Part shown: one piece after another, positions 1 through 9,860 of the stretch
Numbering within the stretch: position 1 is the first letter of the stretch
Layout of the letters: every line of letters starts with the position of its first letter
Assembly (NCBI GenBank): GCA_036495095.1
Contig: DASXNK010000196.1
Location: 11,472 to 75,471, forward strand
Length of the DNA: 64,000 nt
Source: Candidatus Dormiibacterota bacterium
Lineage (GTDB): Bacteria; Chloroflexota; Dormibacteria; Aeolococcales; Aeolococcaceae
Reading direction: 5' to 3'
Notes under the pieces: generated by a model
What the model saw: only the letters and a program-made list of their open reading frames with translations
What the model was told of the DNA's origin: nothing
Databases searched by the model: none
Program-made: the position numbers and the translations under genes

Positions 1-1008
1 TACGACCACCAGACGGTGAAGCTGAACGGCGTGACCGTGGGGCAGGTCGACGACCTCAGCCCCAACTACGCGGCCCGCGCGGTGGACGTCAATCTCGGGA
101 TCACCCCGGACCACGCGCCGCTCCACCGCGGGGCGCGGTTCAGCGTCCACTCCTCGGGGCTGTTCGCCGAGCAGTACGTGAAGATCGTCGACGGGCCCGC
201 CGGCGCCCCGGCGCTTCCCGACGGCGCGGCGATCCCGGTCAGCGAGACCATACCTGCGGTCGGCATCGACACCGTGGTCGACACCCTCGACGCCACCACG
301 CGGGCGGAGATCCGCACCCTGGTCACCCAGGCGAGGACCGGACTCGACGGGCAGTCGGCGGCCGACCTCAACGCCAGCCTCGGCGCCCTCCACCAGGCGG
401 TCGAGGCGCTCGATCCCGCGGTCACCGCCTTCTCGCAGCGCACCGGCGCGATCGACTCGATGATCAGCGACTACGACGCCCTGGGCACCAAGGTCGCCAG
501 CGACCGGGCCGCGCTCACCCGGACGCTCCCGCAGCTGGAGCAGGCCTTCGCGACCCTGGACACCCACCGGGACGAGGTCAGCCAGGCGCTGCAGACCGCG
601 GCGTCGACGATGGTCACGGCGAGCACCGTGGTGACCCAGCGGGTGCCCGAGCTGCGCAGCACCTTCGTCGAGCTGCCGGGGATGCTCCGCGTCGTCGACT
701 CGATGCTCGGGGAGCTCAACCCGCTGCTCGCCCGCATCGAACCGGCGGCTCCGCAGATCCGGCAGCTGCTGGTCGAGCTGCAGCGCAGCTTCGGCGACAG
801 CGACCAGTTCGGCAGCTACCTGCGCGTGCTGCCGCAGTTCGGCGCCGGGTCGATCGAGGAGGGCGTGCCCGGGCAGCGCTTCCCCGATCCCGGCTTCCCG
901 CCGTCGACGAGCCCTCCGTCCGCGCCGCCCGGCGCGTCCCACTCGGCGGCCCCGGCGCCGGGCGCGCGCGATCGCAACGCCGACGCCTGGAAGGAGCTGT
1001 TCAAGTGA
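1..1008 (+). CDS. Mce (mammalian cell entry) family protein; 5' end lies outside the window. Pro-rich C-terminal tail.
   Basis: Reading frame is open from base 1. The N-proximal region resembles the MlaD/Mce domain (VTVGQVDDLSP... Y-VKIVDG). Coiled-coil middle region and a Pro/Ala/Ser-rich C-tail are typical of actinobacterial Mce proteins. The stop overlaps the next mce gene start (GTGA at 1005). Confidence 0.7.
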   Translation, partial: YDHQTVKLNGVTVGQVDDLSPNYAARAVDVNLGITPDHAPLHRGARFSVHSSGLFAEQYVKIVDGPAGAPALPDGAAIPVSETIPAVGIDTVVDTLDATTRAEIRTLVTQARTGLDGQSAADLNASLGALHQAVEALDPAVTAFSQRTGAIDSMISDYDALGTKVASDRAALTRTLPQLEQAFATLDTHRDEVSQALQTAASTMVTASTVVTQRVPELRSTFVELPGMLRVVDSMLGELNPLLARIEPAAPQIRQLLVELQRSFGDSDQFGSYLRVLPQFGAGSIEEGVPGQRFPDPGFPPSTSPPSAPPGASHSAAPAPGARDRNADAWKELFK

Positions 1009-2219
1009 GCACCACACCCACCGGGACCGGGCCCAGGATCAAGACCACGCTGTACCCCGTCCTCCTCACCCGGGTGCATCCCCTCATCGCCGGGACGGTC
1101 GGCCTGGTGGTCATCTCCTTCATCGTCTATCTCGTCTTCGCCGTCACCGCGGTCCAGGGCAATCCCTTCGTCCACAAGTACACGGTGCACGGGCGGTTCT
1201 CGAACGTCGTCGGGCTGAGCAAGAACGACTTCGTCACCGTCAAGGGGGTGCGCGTCGGCCGCGTCAGCGACATCGAGCAGGCGGGGCCGCTGGCGGACGT
1301 CAGCCTCGCCTTCGACCACATCCGCCTCCACGATGACGCGAGCGCGATCGTCCGCCCGCGCAACCTGGTCGGCGAGACCTGGCTGGAGGTGAACCCGGGC
1401 TCGACCTCCCGGCCCGAGCTGCCCGACGGCGCGGTGCTCCGGGTCCAGCAGACGGTGAGCCCCGTGCAGCTCGACGAGGTTCTGAAAACCCTGAACCCGG
1501 AGGTGCGCACCGCGCTCGCCGGCTTCCTCCGGGAGACCGGCACCGGGCTCCGCGGACGGGGCGAGGACCTCAGCATGCTGGTGCGCCAGAGCGAGTCGAC
1601 GCTGCCGTCGACGGCGGACACATTCGCGGCCTTCAACGCGCCCCAGCTCGACGACCTGATCGCCACCCTCAACACCGACGCGGCCACCCTCGCGGCGCGC
1701 TCCGGCCAGCTGACCAGCCTGGTCGTGAACGGCAACAGCCTCCTCGGCGCGCTCGCCGGTGACACCCGGAACATCCAGTCCGCCATCGAGCACGCGGACG
1801 TCGCCCTGGGCCGGAGCCACGCGGTGCTCCAGGACCGCACCCAGGGGCTCGGCAACACCATCGCCGGGCTGGACTCGGCGGCCAGCAGCATCGGCACGCT
1901 GGTCGACCACTCGCGGCCGATCGCGGACGCGGTCACCCCCCAGCTGCCGGCGCTGATGGCCTTCATCGGCGAGCTCCAGTCGGCCACGGGGACGTCCGAC
2001 CTCAACGGCTACTTCATGCGGCTGATCGTCTCCGTCGGAGCCGGCAGCCTCGCCGACCCCGGCTACCAGGGCGTGCCCGGCATCCCCGGTCCTCGGGTGC
2101 AGCGAGCACCGGCCGGCGGGGCGAGCGCGCCGTCACCGCGGCCGCAGCCGGCCCCGTCCGGCCCCGAGCTGGCCCCGAGCATGTCGGGGCTGATGGACCT
2201 GGTGTACGGAGGCCGATAG
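1005..2219 (+). CDS. Mce family protein (N-terminal TM helix, Mce/MlaD domain, Pro-rich tail)
   Basis: N-terminal hydrophobic helix (LIAGTVGLVVISFIVYLVFAV), then an MlaD-like segment (VHGRFSNVVGLSKNDFVTVKGVRVGRVSDIE). The 4-nt overlap with the upstream gene and high GC3 support coding. Confidence 0.75.
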   Translation: MSTTPTGTGPRIKTTLYPVLLTRVHPLIAGTVGLVVISFIVYLVFAVTAVQGNPFVHKYTVHGRFSNVVGLSKNDFVTVKGVRVGRVSDIEQAGPLADVSLAFDHIRLHDDASAIVRPRNLVGETWLEVNPGSTSRPELPDGAVLRVQQTVSPVQLDEVLKTLNPEVRTALAGFLRETGTGLRGRGEDLSMLVRQSESTLPSTADTFAAFNAPQLDDLIATLNTDAATLAARSGQLTSLVVNGNSLLGALAGDTRNIQSAIEHADVALGRSHAVLQDRTQGLGNTIAGLDSAASSIGTLVDHSRPIADAVTPQLPALMAFIGELQSATGTSDLNGYFMRLIVSVGAGSLADPGYQGVPGIPGPRVQRAPAGGASAPSPRPQPAPSGPELAPSMSGLMDLVYGGR

Positions 2220-2220
2220 C

Positions 2221-3354
2221 GTGACCCTTCATCCCCGCCTCTACCGATCCCTGTGCATCGGGGCGGGCCTCGGCGTCTTCGTGGTCGCCGTGATCGCCAT
2301 CACCGAGGTCTTCGTGGCCGCGCTCGGGCTGCACGTCGTGCCCCCGATCAGGGCGCCCTACAAGATCTCCGCGGACTTCCCCGACGCCCTCGGCGTGCGC
2401 GTCGGCCAGCAGGTGATGGAGAACGGCGCGGTGGTCGGCCAGGTCTCGGGCGTCGAGGTCCAGGACCGTCACGCCCATGTGGACATGGAGTTCGACAGCG
2501 GCAGGGGGCCGATCCACGACACCGCCTCCGCGCAGATCCTCCCCACCAGCCAGGTCGGGCATCCGGTCATCGAGATCGACGACCCCGGCTACGGCAACGA
2601 CCTGCTCAGCGACCGCACCCTGCCGCTGGCACGCAACCACATCCCCGTCTACGTCGACGACGTGGTCTCGGCGCTGAACGGCGACGACCGCACCGGGCTG
2701 CAGACCATCATGCGCGAGCTGGGCACCGCGAGCACGGGCCGCGGGCAGGACATCCGCGCCGTGGCCTCCGACACCCGGGCCTTCCTCGCCGCGCTCACGC
2801 CGATCTCGCAGCAGCTCTCCACCGACAGCGCGCACATCGCCGGCATCCTCGACCACAGCCACGCGGTGATGGGGCAGCTCGCCCAGTCGAACATGGACGC
2901 CCTGGTCGGCGAGCTCGGCCGTCTCGGCGGGACCGTCGCGGCCCAGGAGCCCCACCTCGGTGGCACCCTGCGCGCGGCCAGCGCCGACCTCGCCACCGTC
3001 CGCGACATGCTGCAGGGGAACGAGGACAGCGCTCTGCGGGCGCTCACCGGCCTCCCGCCGGCGATCGCCGCGGTCGAGAGGACGGTCGCGGACTTCACGC
3101 CGCTGCTCGAGAGGGCCCTGGTCCCCAACCAGGCGGACATCGTCCAGCTCATCACCGAGCTGCAGCAGAGCTTCGCGCGCACCGGGTCGGACGGGCAGAA
3201 CTTCCTGAAGGTCGCGGTCGCCGGCAACAACATCCGCAGCTTCCTGGGCGGCACCGGCCACGGGCCGGGGGGCTTCGGGTCCGGCTCCGGCGCGGCGGCG
3301 CCGGCACCGCCCGCGAGCCCCGACACCCTGCTGTCCATCCTGTTCGGAGGCTGA
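2221..3354 (+). CDS. Mce family protein
   Basis: GTG start one base after the previous stop. TM helix, then an MlaD-like domain (PYKISADFPDALGVRVGQQVMENGAVVGQVSGVEV). Same architecture as the two preceding genes. Confidence 0.7.
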   Translation: MTLHPRLYRSLCIGAGLGVFVVAVIAITEVFVAALGLHVVPPIRAPYKISADFPDALGVRVGQQVMENGAVVGQVSGVEVQDRHAHVDMEFDSGRGPIHDTASAQILPTSQVGHPVIEIDDPGYGNDLLSDRTLPLARNHIPVYVDDVVSALNGDDRTGLQTIMRELGTASTGRGQDIRAVASDTRAFLAALTPISQQLSTDSAHIAGILDHSHAVMGQLAQSNMDALVGELGRLGGTVAAQEPHLGGTLRAASADLATVRDMLQGNEDSALRALTGLPPAIAAVERTVADFTPLLERALVPNQADIVQLITELQQSFARTGSDGQNFLKVAVAGNNIRSFLGGTGHGPGGFGSGSGAAAPAPPASPDTLLSILFGG

Positions 3355-3355
3355 G

Positions 3356-3871
3356 GTGACCCGCCCCGCGACCGCGGCCGGCCCCCCCTCCGTCGAGTCG
3401 CTGCGGTGGACGCTGGCGCTGTGGGGCACGGCGACCTACCCGTTCGCGGCACTGGTCATCGCGCTCACCGTCGGCCACGGCAAGCAGCTGCTCCGGGCCC
3501 TCGCCTACGTGCTGGCGACACCCGAGCCGGTCTCCGTGTGCATGGGCTACGGGGTCGGCTACCTCATCGTCCAGTACCGCGTCCGCACCCCCAACCCGAG
3601 CTTCATGCAGTCACAGGTCTTCGCGGCCTGCGCCTTCGCGGGGATGGTCGTCACGGTTGGCGTCCTCCACCTGCTCGTGCCCGGCGGCACCCCGCTGGCG
3701 GTGTCCTTCGGCCTGGTCATCGCGCTCAAGATCGCGGCCGGATCGGTGGCCGCAGCCCTCCTCTATCCCTGGCTCTCCCACCGGCGCTCGCCGTCGCAGC
3801 GCTACCGGCCGCTCGCATCGCGGCGTGTCACCGGCGACGCCCCGGCGGACGTCCCCGACCCGCACCACTGA
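3356..3871 (+). CDS. Mce-associated integral membrane protein (hypothetical)
   Basis: About 4 predicted TM helices. Sits immediately after the mce genes (GTG start 1 nt after the stop). No recognisable catalytic motif. Confidence 0.5.
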   Translation: MTRPATAAGPPSVESLRWTLALWGTATYPFAALVIALTVGHGKQLLRALAYVLATPEPVSVCMGYGVGYLIVQYRVRTPNPSFMQSQVFAACAFAGMVVTVGVLHLLVPGGTPLAVSFGLVIALKIAAGSVAAALLYPWLSHRRSPSQRYRPLASRRVTGDAPADVPDPHH

Positions 3872-3880
3872 GGATCAGGA

Positions 3881-5521
3881 ATGGCCGCTCCATCGAGCCG
3901 TCGACGCAGCATCACCCGCACCCACGAGCGCATCTCCCAGCTGGGCTGGGAGGCGACCTACGAGACGCCGGTGGCGAAGCATCCCACCCGCTATCGCTTC
4001 CCGCACCGGGCCAAGGACCCGATGAAGCACATCATGCGCGAGTACCTCCCGATGGAGCTGGAGAAGGACGAGCGCGTCTACGGCGGCCACGACGCGGCGG
4101 TGCGCGCCGAGATGCCGGCGAAGGCCGAGCTCCGGTGGCAGGAGATCCTCAAGCCCTTCGTGTCGGTGACCAACTTCGCGGAGATCGGCGCGGGACGGTG
4201 CATGTCGATGCTCATCGACGCGGTGCCGAACAACGAGCTCCGCAACGGCTACCACGTGCAGTTCGTCGACGAGGTGCGGCACACCGGCATGCAGATGTCG
4301 CTGGCGCGCTGGTACGCGAAGCACTCCCCGGATCCCGCCGGCTGGAACATCGCCAACTCGGCGCTGCCGAGCACCCCGCTGACGTCGGCCGGCCTGAACA
4401 TGCTCTCGCACTTCATGGTCGGCGACCCCATCCAGTGCGCCTTCACGCTCCAGGTCGTCGCCGAGACCGCGTTCACCAACGTGGCCTTCGTCGCGCTGCC
4501 CGACGTGGCGGCGCGCAACGGCGACTTCACGCTGCCCACCACCTACCTGTCGGTGCAGTCGGACGAGGCGCGCCACATCTCGAACGGCTACGCCACCCTG
4601 CTCACCGTCCTCCAGGACGACCACAACGCACCGCTGATCGAGCGCGACCTTCAGCAGGCGTGGTGGATCAACCACGCGTTCCTCGACACCTTCAGCGGCG
4701 GGATCATGGAGTACTTCTCGCGGTCGCGAACCGACCACGAGTCGTACCTCGACAAGTGGGACCGGTGGGTGCGGGACGACTGGTATCGCGCCTACGTCCT
4801 CAAGCTCGGCAAGCTGGGGCTGAACCTGTCGCCCGAGATCTTCGAGAACGCCCGCGAGCGGATCGTCAAGGGCCTCGTCCACAAGAACGTCATGCTGGCG
4901 TTCGCCGCCTGGCCGCTGCACTTCTGGCGCTTCGACCCGCTCGACGAGCGCGACTTCGAGTGGCTCGAGAACCGGTACCCGGGCTGGTACGACGACTACG
5001 GCGCCTTCTGGGAGATGTACCGGGAGGCGAAAAACCCCCAGGACCGCACCCTGCTGCTGTCGTTCCTCAACCTGTCCCCCCCCTTCTGCTGGACCTGCAT
5101 GGTGCCCTGCGTGCTCGACGAGGACATGTGCCATCGCGTGGTGGATGAGCGCACCCGCTTCTACTGCTCGAAGTGGTGCTCGTGGCTCGACGAGTCCAAC
5201 CCCGGCCGCTACACCGGCGACCGCAACTTCTTCGATCGCTACCACGGCTGGGAGCTCTCGGAGGTGGTCCGGGACCTGGGCTTCGTGCGCGCCGACGGGA
5301 AGACGCTGGTCGGCCAGCCCCACCTCGAGGACGAGAACCGCTGGACCCTCGACGACATCCGGGCATGTGAGCTCGAGATCAGGAGCCCGAACATCCGCGT
5401 GGCTCAGGAGATGGGCCTGCCCAGCGGCGACTGGCACGCCGCCGCGATGGCGGATCGCGCCATCGGGGCCGGTGCGCGCCCCGCGGTGCGGCCGTCCGCC
5501 AACGGAACGGCGCACGCCTGA
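3881..5521 (+). CDS. prmA: Soluble diiron monooxygenase hydroxylase alpha (large) subunit, propane/2-propanol monooxygenase type (PrmA/MimA-like)
   Basis: 546 aa. Contains the diiron carboxylate ligand motif (FVDEVRHTGMQM and E...E-x2-H repeats). Length and order (alpha, reductase, beta, coupling) match group 5/6 SDIMO prmABCD operons. Confidence 0.8.
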   Translation: MAAPSSRRRSITRTHERISQLGWEATYETPVAKHPTRYRFPHRAKDPMKHIMREYLPMELEKDERVYGGHDAAVRAEMPAKAELRWQEILKPFVSVTNFAEIGAGRCMSMLIDAVPNNELRNGYHVQFVDEVRHTGMQMSLARWYAKHSPDPAGWNIANSALPSTPLTSAGLNMLSHFMVGDPIQCAFTLQVVAETAFTNVAFVALPDVAARNGDFTLPTTYLSVQSDEARHISNGYATLLTVLQDDHNAPLIERDLQQAWWINHAFLDTFSGGIMEYFSRSRTDHESYLDKWDRWVRDDWYRAYVLKLGKLGLNLSPEIFENARERIVKGLVHKNVMLAFAAWPLHFWRFDPLDERDFEWLENRYPGWYDDYGAFWEMYREAKNPQDRTLLLSFLNLSPPFCWTCMVPCVLDEDMCHRVVDERTRFYCSKWCSWLDESNPGRYTGDRNFFDRYHGWELSEVVRDLGFVRADGKTLVGQPHLEDENRWTLDDIRACELEIRSPNIRVAQEMGLPSGDWHAAAMADRAIGAGARPAVRPSANGTAHA

Positions 5522-5533
5522 CCGGGAGCGGGA

Positions 5534-6599
5534 CATGTCCCCACGCGTCGTGTTCGAGCCGATCGCCGAGGAGATCGAGTGTGAGGAGGACGAGTCGGTC
5601 CTCGACGCCGCCTTCCGTCAGGGACTCAACCTCGCGCACGGCTGCCGTGAGGGCCAGTGCTCGGCGTGCAAGTCGTATCTGCTCCAGGGCGAGGTGTCAC
5701 TGAGGCGGTACTCGAGCTTCGCCCTCTCCGACTCGGAGGAGGCGAACGGCTACACGCTGCTCTGCCGGGCGATGCCCGACGAGGACCTCGTCGTCGAGCT
5801 CCTCCACTACGACCCCGACAACTACCGCCTCGAGAACCCGATCCGCGACGTCCGCACCACGGTCGTCGCGGTCGAGCCGCTCACCCACGACATCCGCCGC
5901 CTCCTCCTCCGGATCGTCGAGCCGGAGGACTTCGCCTTCGTCCCCGGCCAGTACGTCGACGTCCACGTTCCCGGAACCGAGCTGCGGCGCGCGTTCTCCA
6001 TGGCCAACGTGCCCGGCGATGGGCACCTCGAGCTCATCGTCAAGAGGTACCCGGGCGGCCGCTTCTCGGGCATGCTCGACGGCGAGCTCGCGACCGGCGA
6101 CGAGCTGAGCGTCACCGGCCCGTACGGCGCCTTCCACCTGCGTCGCGGCGAGCGGCCGATCCTCCTCGTCGCGGGCGGCTCGGGGATGGCTCCGGTGCTC
6201 GCACTGCTCCGGCAGCTCGCCTCCCAGGGCAGCACCCGCACCACCCGCTTCCTCTATGGGGCGCGCACCCGCCCCGACCTGTTCCACCTCGACCTGGTCG
6301 AGGAGCTGGGCGCGTCGCTCGTCGACTTCCGCTTCACGCCGGTGCTCTCCCACGCGTCCCCGGAGGACGCGTGGGAGGGCGAGCAGGGGCTTGTGCACGA
6401 GGCGGTCGGGCGCTGCCTGGCCTCCGGCGAGCTGGAGGACCCGGAGATCTACATGTGCGGCCCCCCGCCGATGATCGACGCGGTCACCGAGCTCGTCGTC
6501 GACGGCCACGGGATCGCCCCGGACCGCATCCACTTCGACAGCTTCACGACCTCGGCCGACGCCGGGGCCGCCACCGGCAGTGCGCTGCCGCAGCGATGA
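5534..6599 (+). CDS. prmB: Monooxygenase NADH oxidoreductase: N-terminal plant-type [2Fe-2S] ferredoxin plus FAD/NAD-binding ferredoxin-NADP reductase domain
   Basis: ATG at 5534 gives MSPRVVFEPIAEEIECEED... with the 2Fe-2S Cys cluster (C-x4-C-x2-C: GCREGQCSACK), then RxFS (RRAFSMAN) and GGSGMAP flavin/NAD motifs. The longer 5145 ORF in the track is an upstream extension with no support. Confidence 0.8.
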
Positions 6600-6613
6600 G
6601 AGGAGGCACCGAC

Positions 6614-7693
6614 GTGTCCACCCCGGCTCCCCCCGTGAAGTCCCTCGGCGACGGCATCCCGGCACCGGGCGGTGGCGGCGAGGAGGGACGCACCTTCCAG
6701 TGGTTCACCCCCCGCAGGCGCCGCGCCAGCCTGTACGAGGACGTCACGATCGACACCCAGCCGTCGATCCACCGCCACATCACGCGGGGCTGGCCGCTGA
6801 GCTTCGAGGACGGTCGGGGCATGTGGTGGGAGAGCTCCACCGCGCTCCGCTGCGTCGACTGGTACGACTTCCGCGATCCCGGCGAGACCTGGGAGCGCCC
6901 CTACTACCAGCAGGGCGCCGGCTACGAGCGGCAGATCGAGGGGGCCCTCGCCGGCGCCGCCGCCGACCACCTCTTCGAGGACTTCAGCCCGGAGTGGGTC
7001 GACTTCCTGCGCGCCCACCTGCAGGTGCCGGCGTTCGTCGAGCATGGCCTCTGGCTGGCCTCGGCGAGCCTGGCCCGCGACTGCCTCTCCGACAGCCTGA
7101 CTCACTGCCTCGCCCTCCACGCCGCGATGAAGCAGCGCTCCGCCCAGGCGGTGGTGCTCTACGCGATGGACCTGGAGCCGCACCTCGGCGAGTTCCCGAT
7201 CGAGACCGCCCGCGAGCGCTGGCTGAAGGACGAGGCCTGGCAGCCCTCCCGCCGCTACGTGGAGCGGCTCGCCAACGTCCGGGACTGGGGAGAGCTGATC
7301 GTCGCCGCCAACGCCTGCTTCGAGCCCACCGTCGTGACCCTGCTCCGCCGCGAGCTGGGGATCCGGGCGGCCACCGCCCACGGCGACACCGTCACCCCGG
7401 TGGTCGCCCGCGCCGCCACCACGGAGTGGCAGTGGACCCGTGCCTGGACCGTCGAGTTCCTGCGCTTCGTCACCGAGGACCGGGAGCACGGGGAGCACAA
7501 CCGCGAACTGGTCGAGGGCTGGGTCGCCCGGTGGATGCCGGACGCGACCGCGGCGGCGCTCGCCCTGGGCGCGATCGCGGGCGGCCTGTCCAACACGGTG
7601 CCCTTCGAATCCTCGCTGCGGAGCCTCCGCCAGACCGTCGCCGAGGTCTTCACCGAGGCCGGGCTTGCCGGCCTGGCGCCGGCGGCCGGATGA
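6614..7693 (+). CDS. prmC: Soluble diiron monooxygenase hydroxylase beta (small) subunit
   Basis: GTG start at 6614, preceded by AGGAGG at 6601-6606. About 360 aa, lacks metal-ligand E-x2-H pairs, consistent with a beta subunit. Position follows the reductase as in prmABCD. The annotated 5657 start is an artefactual extension. Confidence 0.7.
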   Translation: MSTPAPPVKSLGDGIPAPGGGGEEGRTFQWFTPRRRRASLYEDVTIDTQPSIHRHITRGWPLSFEDGRGMWWESSTALRCVDWYDFRDPGETWERPYYQQGAGYERQIEGALAGAAADHLFEDFSPEWVDFLRAHLQVPAFVEHGLWLASASLARDCLSDSLTHCLALHAAMKQRSAQAVVLYAMDLEPHLGEFPIETARERWLKDEAWQPSRRYVERLANVRDWGELIVAANACFEPTVVTLLRRELGIRAATAHGDTVTPVVARAATTEWQWTRAWTVEFLRFVTEDREHGEHNRELVEGWVARWMPDATAAALALGAIAGGLSNTVPFESSLRSLRQTVAEVFTEAGLAGLAPAAG

Positions 7694-8004
7694 GCGACGC
7701 AGACGAGCGGTTCGACTTCGTCGGCATCGTGATGTCGAAGAGCGCCGAGGGCGATGCGGTGGTCTCCGCGCTGCGGAAGAAGGAGGGCGTCCAGGTCATC
7801 GAGCAGCCGTCCTTCTGGGACGTGCGCGCCCGGGACCGGCTCGTCATCGACTACGACGAGGTGAGCGAGGAGCTGGGCTTCGAGATCGACGGCTACGCGA
7901 TCCAGCACGAGATGTCCACCCACTACGGGCGGATGATCGCCACCGACGACGCGCTGATGCTGTTCTCCGATCCGACCGAGGTGATGGAGCACCTCATGGG
8001 ATGA
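7690..8004 (+). CDS. prmD: Monooxygenase coupling/effector protein (MmoB/DmpM family)
   Basis: 104-aa acidic protein (MSDADERFDFVGIVMSKSAEGDAVVSALRKKEGVQVIEQPSFWDV...), the size and composition typical of SDIMO regulatory proteins. ATG overlaps the prmC stop. Confidence 0.7.
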   Translation: MSDADERFDFVGIVMSKSAEGDAVVSALRKKEGVQVIEQPSFWDVRARDRLVIDYDEVSEELGFEIDGYAIQHEMSTHYGRMIATDDALMLFSDPTEVMEHLMG

Positions 8005-9230
8005 GGGCGGGGGCCTCCACCGGCCTCAGGCACAGACCGCGGCCCATGGGCGCCGCCTCGCTCCTCGGCCCCGCGATGGTGGCGGCGATCGCCTACGTGG
8101 ACCCGGGGAACATCGCCACCACCGCGGTGGCGGGCTCGACGCGCGGGTTCCAATTGGCCGGCGTCGTCCTCGGCGCCAGCCTGCTGGGCATCCCCGTCCA
8201 GGCGCTCGCGGCCAAGGTCGCCCTCGCCACCGGCGGAGACCTCGCCGGCGTCTGCGGCCGTGAGCTCCCCGGCATCGCGCGGGTGCTGCTCTGGGCGGTC
8301 GCCGAGGTCATGGTCATGGCCACCGACGTCGCCGAGGTGGTCGGCGCCAGCCTCGGCCTCTCCCTGCTGCTCGGCATCGGCATGCTCCAGGCCGGCGCGC
8401 TCACCGCCACGGCGAGCGTCGCGCTGCTGGCGCTGCGACGCCATCGCCCCCGCTGGTTCGAGGCGGCGATGGGGATGACGATCGTCATGCTCGGCGCCCT
8501 GTCGGTGCAGCAGCTGCTCCTCGCCGGTCACCCCGCCACCCAGGCGATGCCGGTCGGTGGCGGCGCGGCGGTGCCCGGCCTCGCCTTCCTCGCCGCGGGG
8601 ATCATCGGCGCCACGGTGATGCCGCACGCCATCTTCCTGCAGAGCGCCCTGATCACCGCCCGGGCGCGCCACCGCCCACCGCACTCGCCCGGGGCCGCGT
8701 ACCGGCGGGCGTGGGTCGATACCGGGATGGCGCTGGGCGCGGCCGGGCTGGTCAACGTGCTCATGCTGGTGGTCGCCGCCGTCGCCCTCCACGGCAGCGG
8801 CGCGCCGGTGGCCGGCCTGCCCGAGTTCTGGCAGCGCCTGCGCGACCTCGCCGGCCCGATGGCGGGACATCTCTTCGCCGTCGCGCTGGTCGTCTCCGGG
8901 CTCGCGTCGGCCTCGGTCGGCACGCTCGCCGGTGAGGTCGTCATGGCGGGGCTGCTTCGGCGCCGGGTGCGCCCCATGGCGCGCCGGCTGGTGACCCTCC
9001 TGCCGTCGCTCGCAGTGCTCGCCGCCGGCGTTCCGGCGACGCCCGCGCTCCTCGGCAGCCAGGTGGTGCTCAGCCTCACGCTGCCGTGTGCGCTGGTCCC
9101 GCTGATCTGGGTGACGCACAGCCGGCGCCTGATGGGCGACCTCGCCAACCGCCGCGTCACCACCGTCGCGGCCGCGGCGGGGAGCGCCGTGGTGGTCTCT
9201 GTCGCCGTGTGGGCGGTCCTGGGGGGATGA
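8001..9230 (+). CDS. mntH: Nramp family divalent metal (Mn2+/Fe2+) : proton symporter
   Basis: Nramp signature DPGN (AIAYVDPGNIATT). Multiple TM helices with conserved MPH (TVMPHAIFLQSAL). ATG at 8001 overlaps the prmD stop (ATGA), indicating translational coupling with the monooxygenase operon. Confidence 0.8.
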   Translation: MRAGASTGLRHRPRPMGAASLLGPAMVAAIAYVDPGNIATTAVAGSTRGFQLAGVVLGASLLGIPVQALAAKVALATGGDLAGVCGRELPGIARVLLWAVAEVMVMATDVAEVVGASLGLSLLLGIGMLQAGALTATASVALLALRRHRPRWFEAAMGMTIVMLGALSVQQLLLAGHPATQAMPVGGGAAVPGLAFLAAGIIGATVMPHAIFLQSALITARARHRPPHSPGAAYRRAWVDTGMALGAAGLVNVLMLVVAAVALHGSGAPVAGLPEFWQRLRDLAGPMAGHLFAVALVVSGLASASVGTLAGEVVMAGLLRRRVRPMARRLVTLLPSLAVLAAGVPATPALLGSQVVLSLTLPCALVPLIWVTHSRRLMGDLANRRVTTVAAAAGSAVVVSVAVWAVLGG

Positions 9231-9356
9231 CTCGCCGTGGCGTCACCTCAACCGGCGGGATCGCGGGTGAAAAGGAGGGTGGGTACGCGGCGGCGCCGTC
9301 GCTACCATCGTCACCGTGGCTGCCCCGGACAGGATCGAAGCACGTGGGGGACGTCT

Positions 9357-9860
9357 GTGATGAGGATCGGGATACCTGCATCCAGGCTGCTCGGCTGGAT
9401 CTGCGTCGGCGTCGGTGTGGTCATGGCCGCGATGCCGTTCGCCGGTCCGCTCGTGGGGGTGCCCTTCGACGGGCTGCCGGCCCTGGCCTGGAGCGTGCAC
9501 CGGGGCCTGCTGCACGTGCTCCCCGGTGAGCTCACCATCGCCCTGGGTGGGCTGCTGCTGTGGCGTCCGCCGTCGCTGGGACGCCGCTCGTCGGCGGCGG
9601 TGGCCGCGGGCCTGGTCGCGGTGGGCATCTGGGACACGGCCGGTCCCTGGATCTACGGCCTGTTCACGCCCCACGCCCGCCAGTCCGGGCTGATGTTCCT
9701 CGGCATCCCGCAGTTCGGCGGCTTCTCCTCCGCCCACCAGATGGTGGTGAAGGCGTTCTGCCACTGGCTGCCGGGCACGGTCACCCTCGGCCTGGCGGTG
9801 GCCTGGATGGCGTACCTGGTCACGTCGCGGGTCGCGAGGCGTGGCGTCGCCACCTCCTGA
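9357..9860 (+). CDS. Hypothetical integral membrane protein
   Basis: GTG/ATG at 9357/9360 gives VMRIGIPASRLLGWICVGVGVVMAAMPFAG... with about 4 hydrophobic helices. Coding-like GC3. Confidence 0.45.
   Translation: MMRIGIPASRLLGWICVGVGVVMAAMPFAGPLVGVPFDGLPALAWSVHRGLLHVLPGELTIALGGLLLWRPPSLGRRSSAAVAAGLVAVGIWDTAGPWIYGLFTPHARQSGLMFLGIPQFGGFSSAHQMVVKAFCHWLPGTVTLGLAVAWMAYLVTSRVARRGVATS

Noticed and set aside
2253-3359. Long Arg/Pro/Gly-rich ORFs in alternative frames and antisense to real genes throughout the window (e.g. 2253-3359+, 3406-5148+, 3875-5536-, 5657-7693 N-terminal part, 7923-9119-, 12012-13247-, 13293-14837-, 14887-15975-, 16946-18439+, 17584-19575+, 20161-21030-, 30064-33432-, 37589-39814-, 41808-44162-, 47722-50304-, 50803-52572-, 58491-60479+, 62040-63674+)
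   Set aside because: Composition is typical of out-of-frame translation of ~72% GC DNA (runs of R, P, G, A, few K, I, F, N). GC3 periodicity favours the overlapping called gene in each case. They shadow CDSs with clear family signatures.
5145-5533. Upstream extension of the reductase ORF (track start 5145, 484 aa)
   Set aside because: The extension overlaps the 3' end of prmA in another frame, is Arg/Ser/Thr-rich junk, and the ferredoxin domain begins right at the ATG at 5534.
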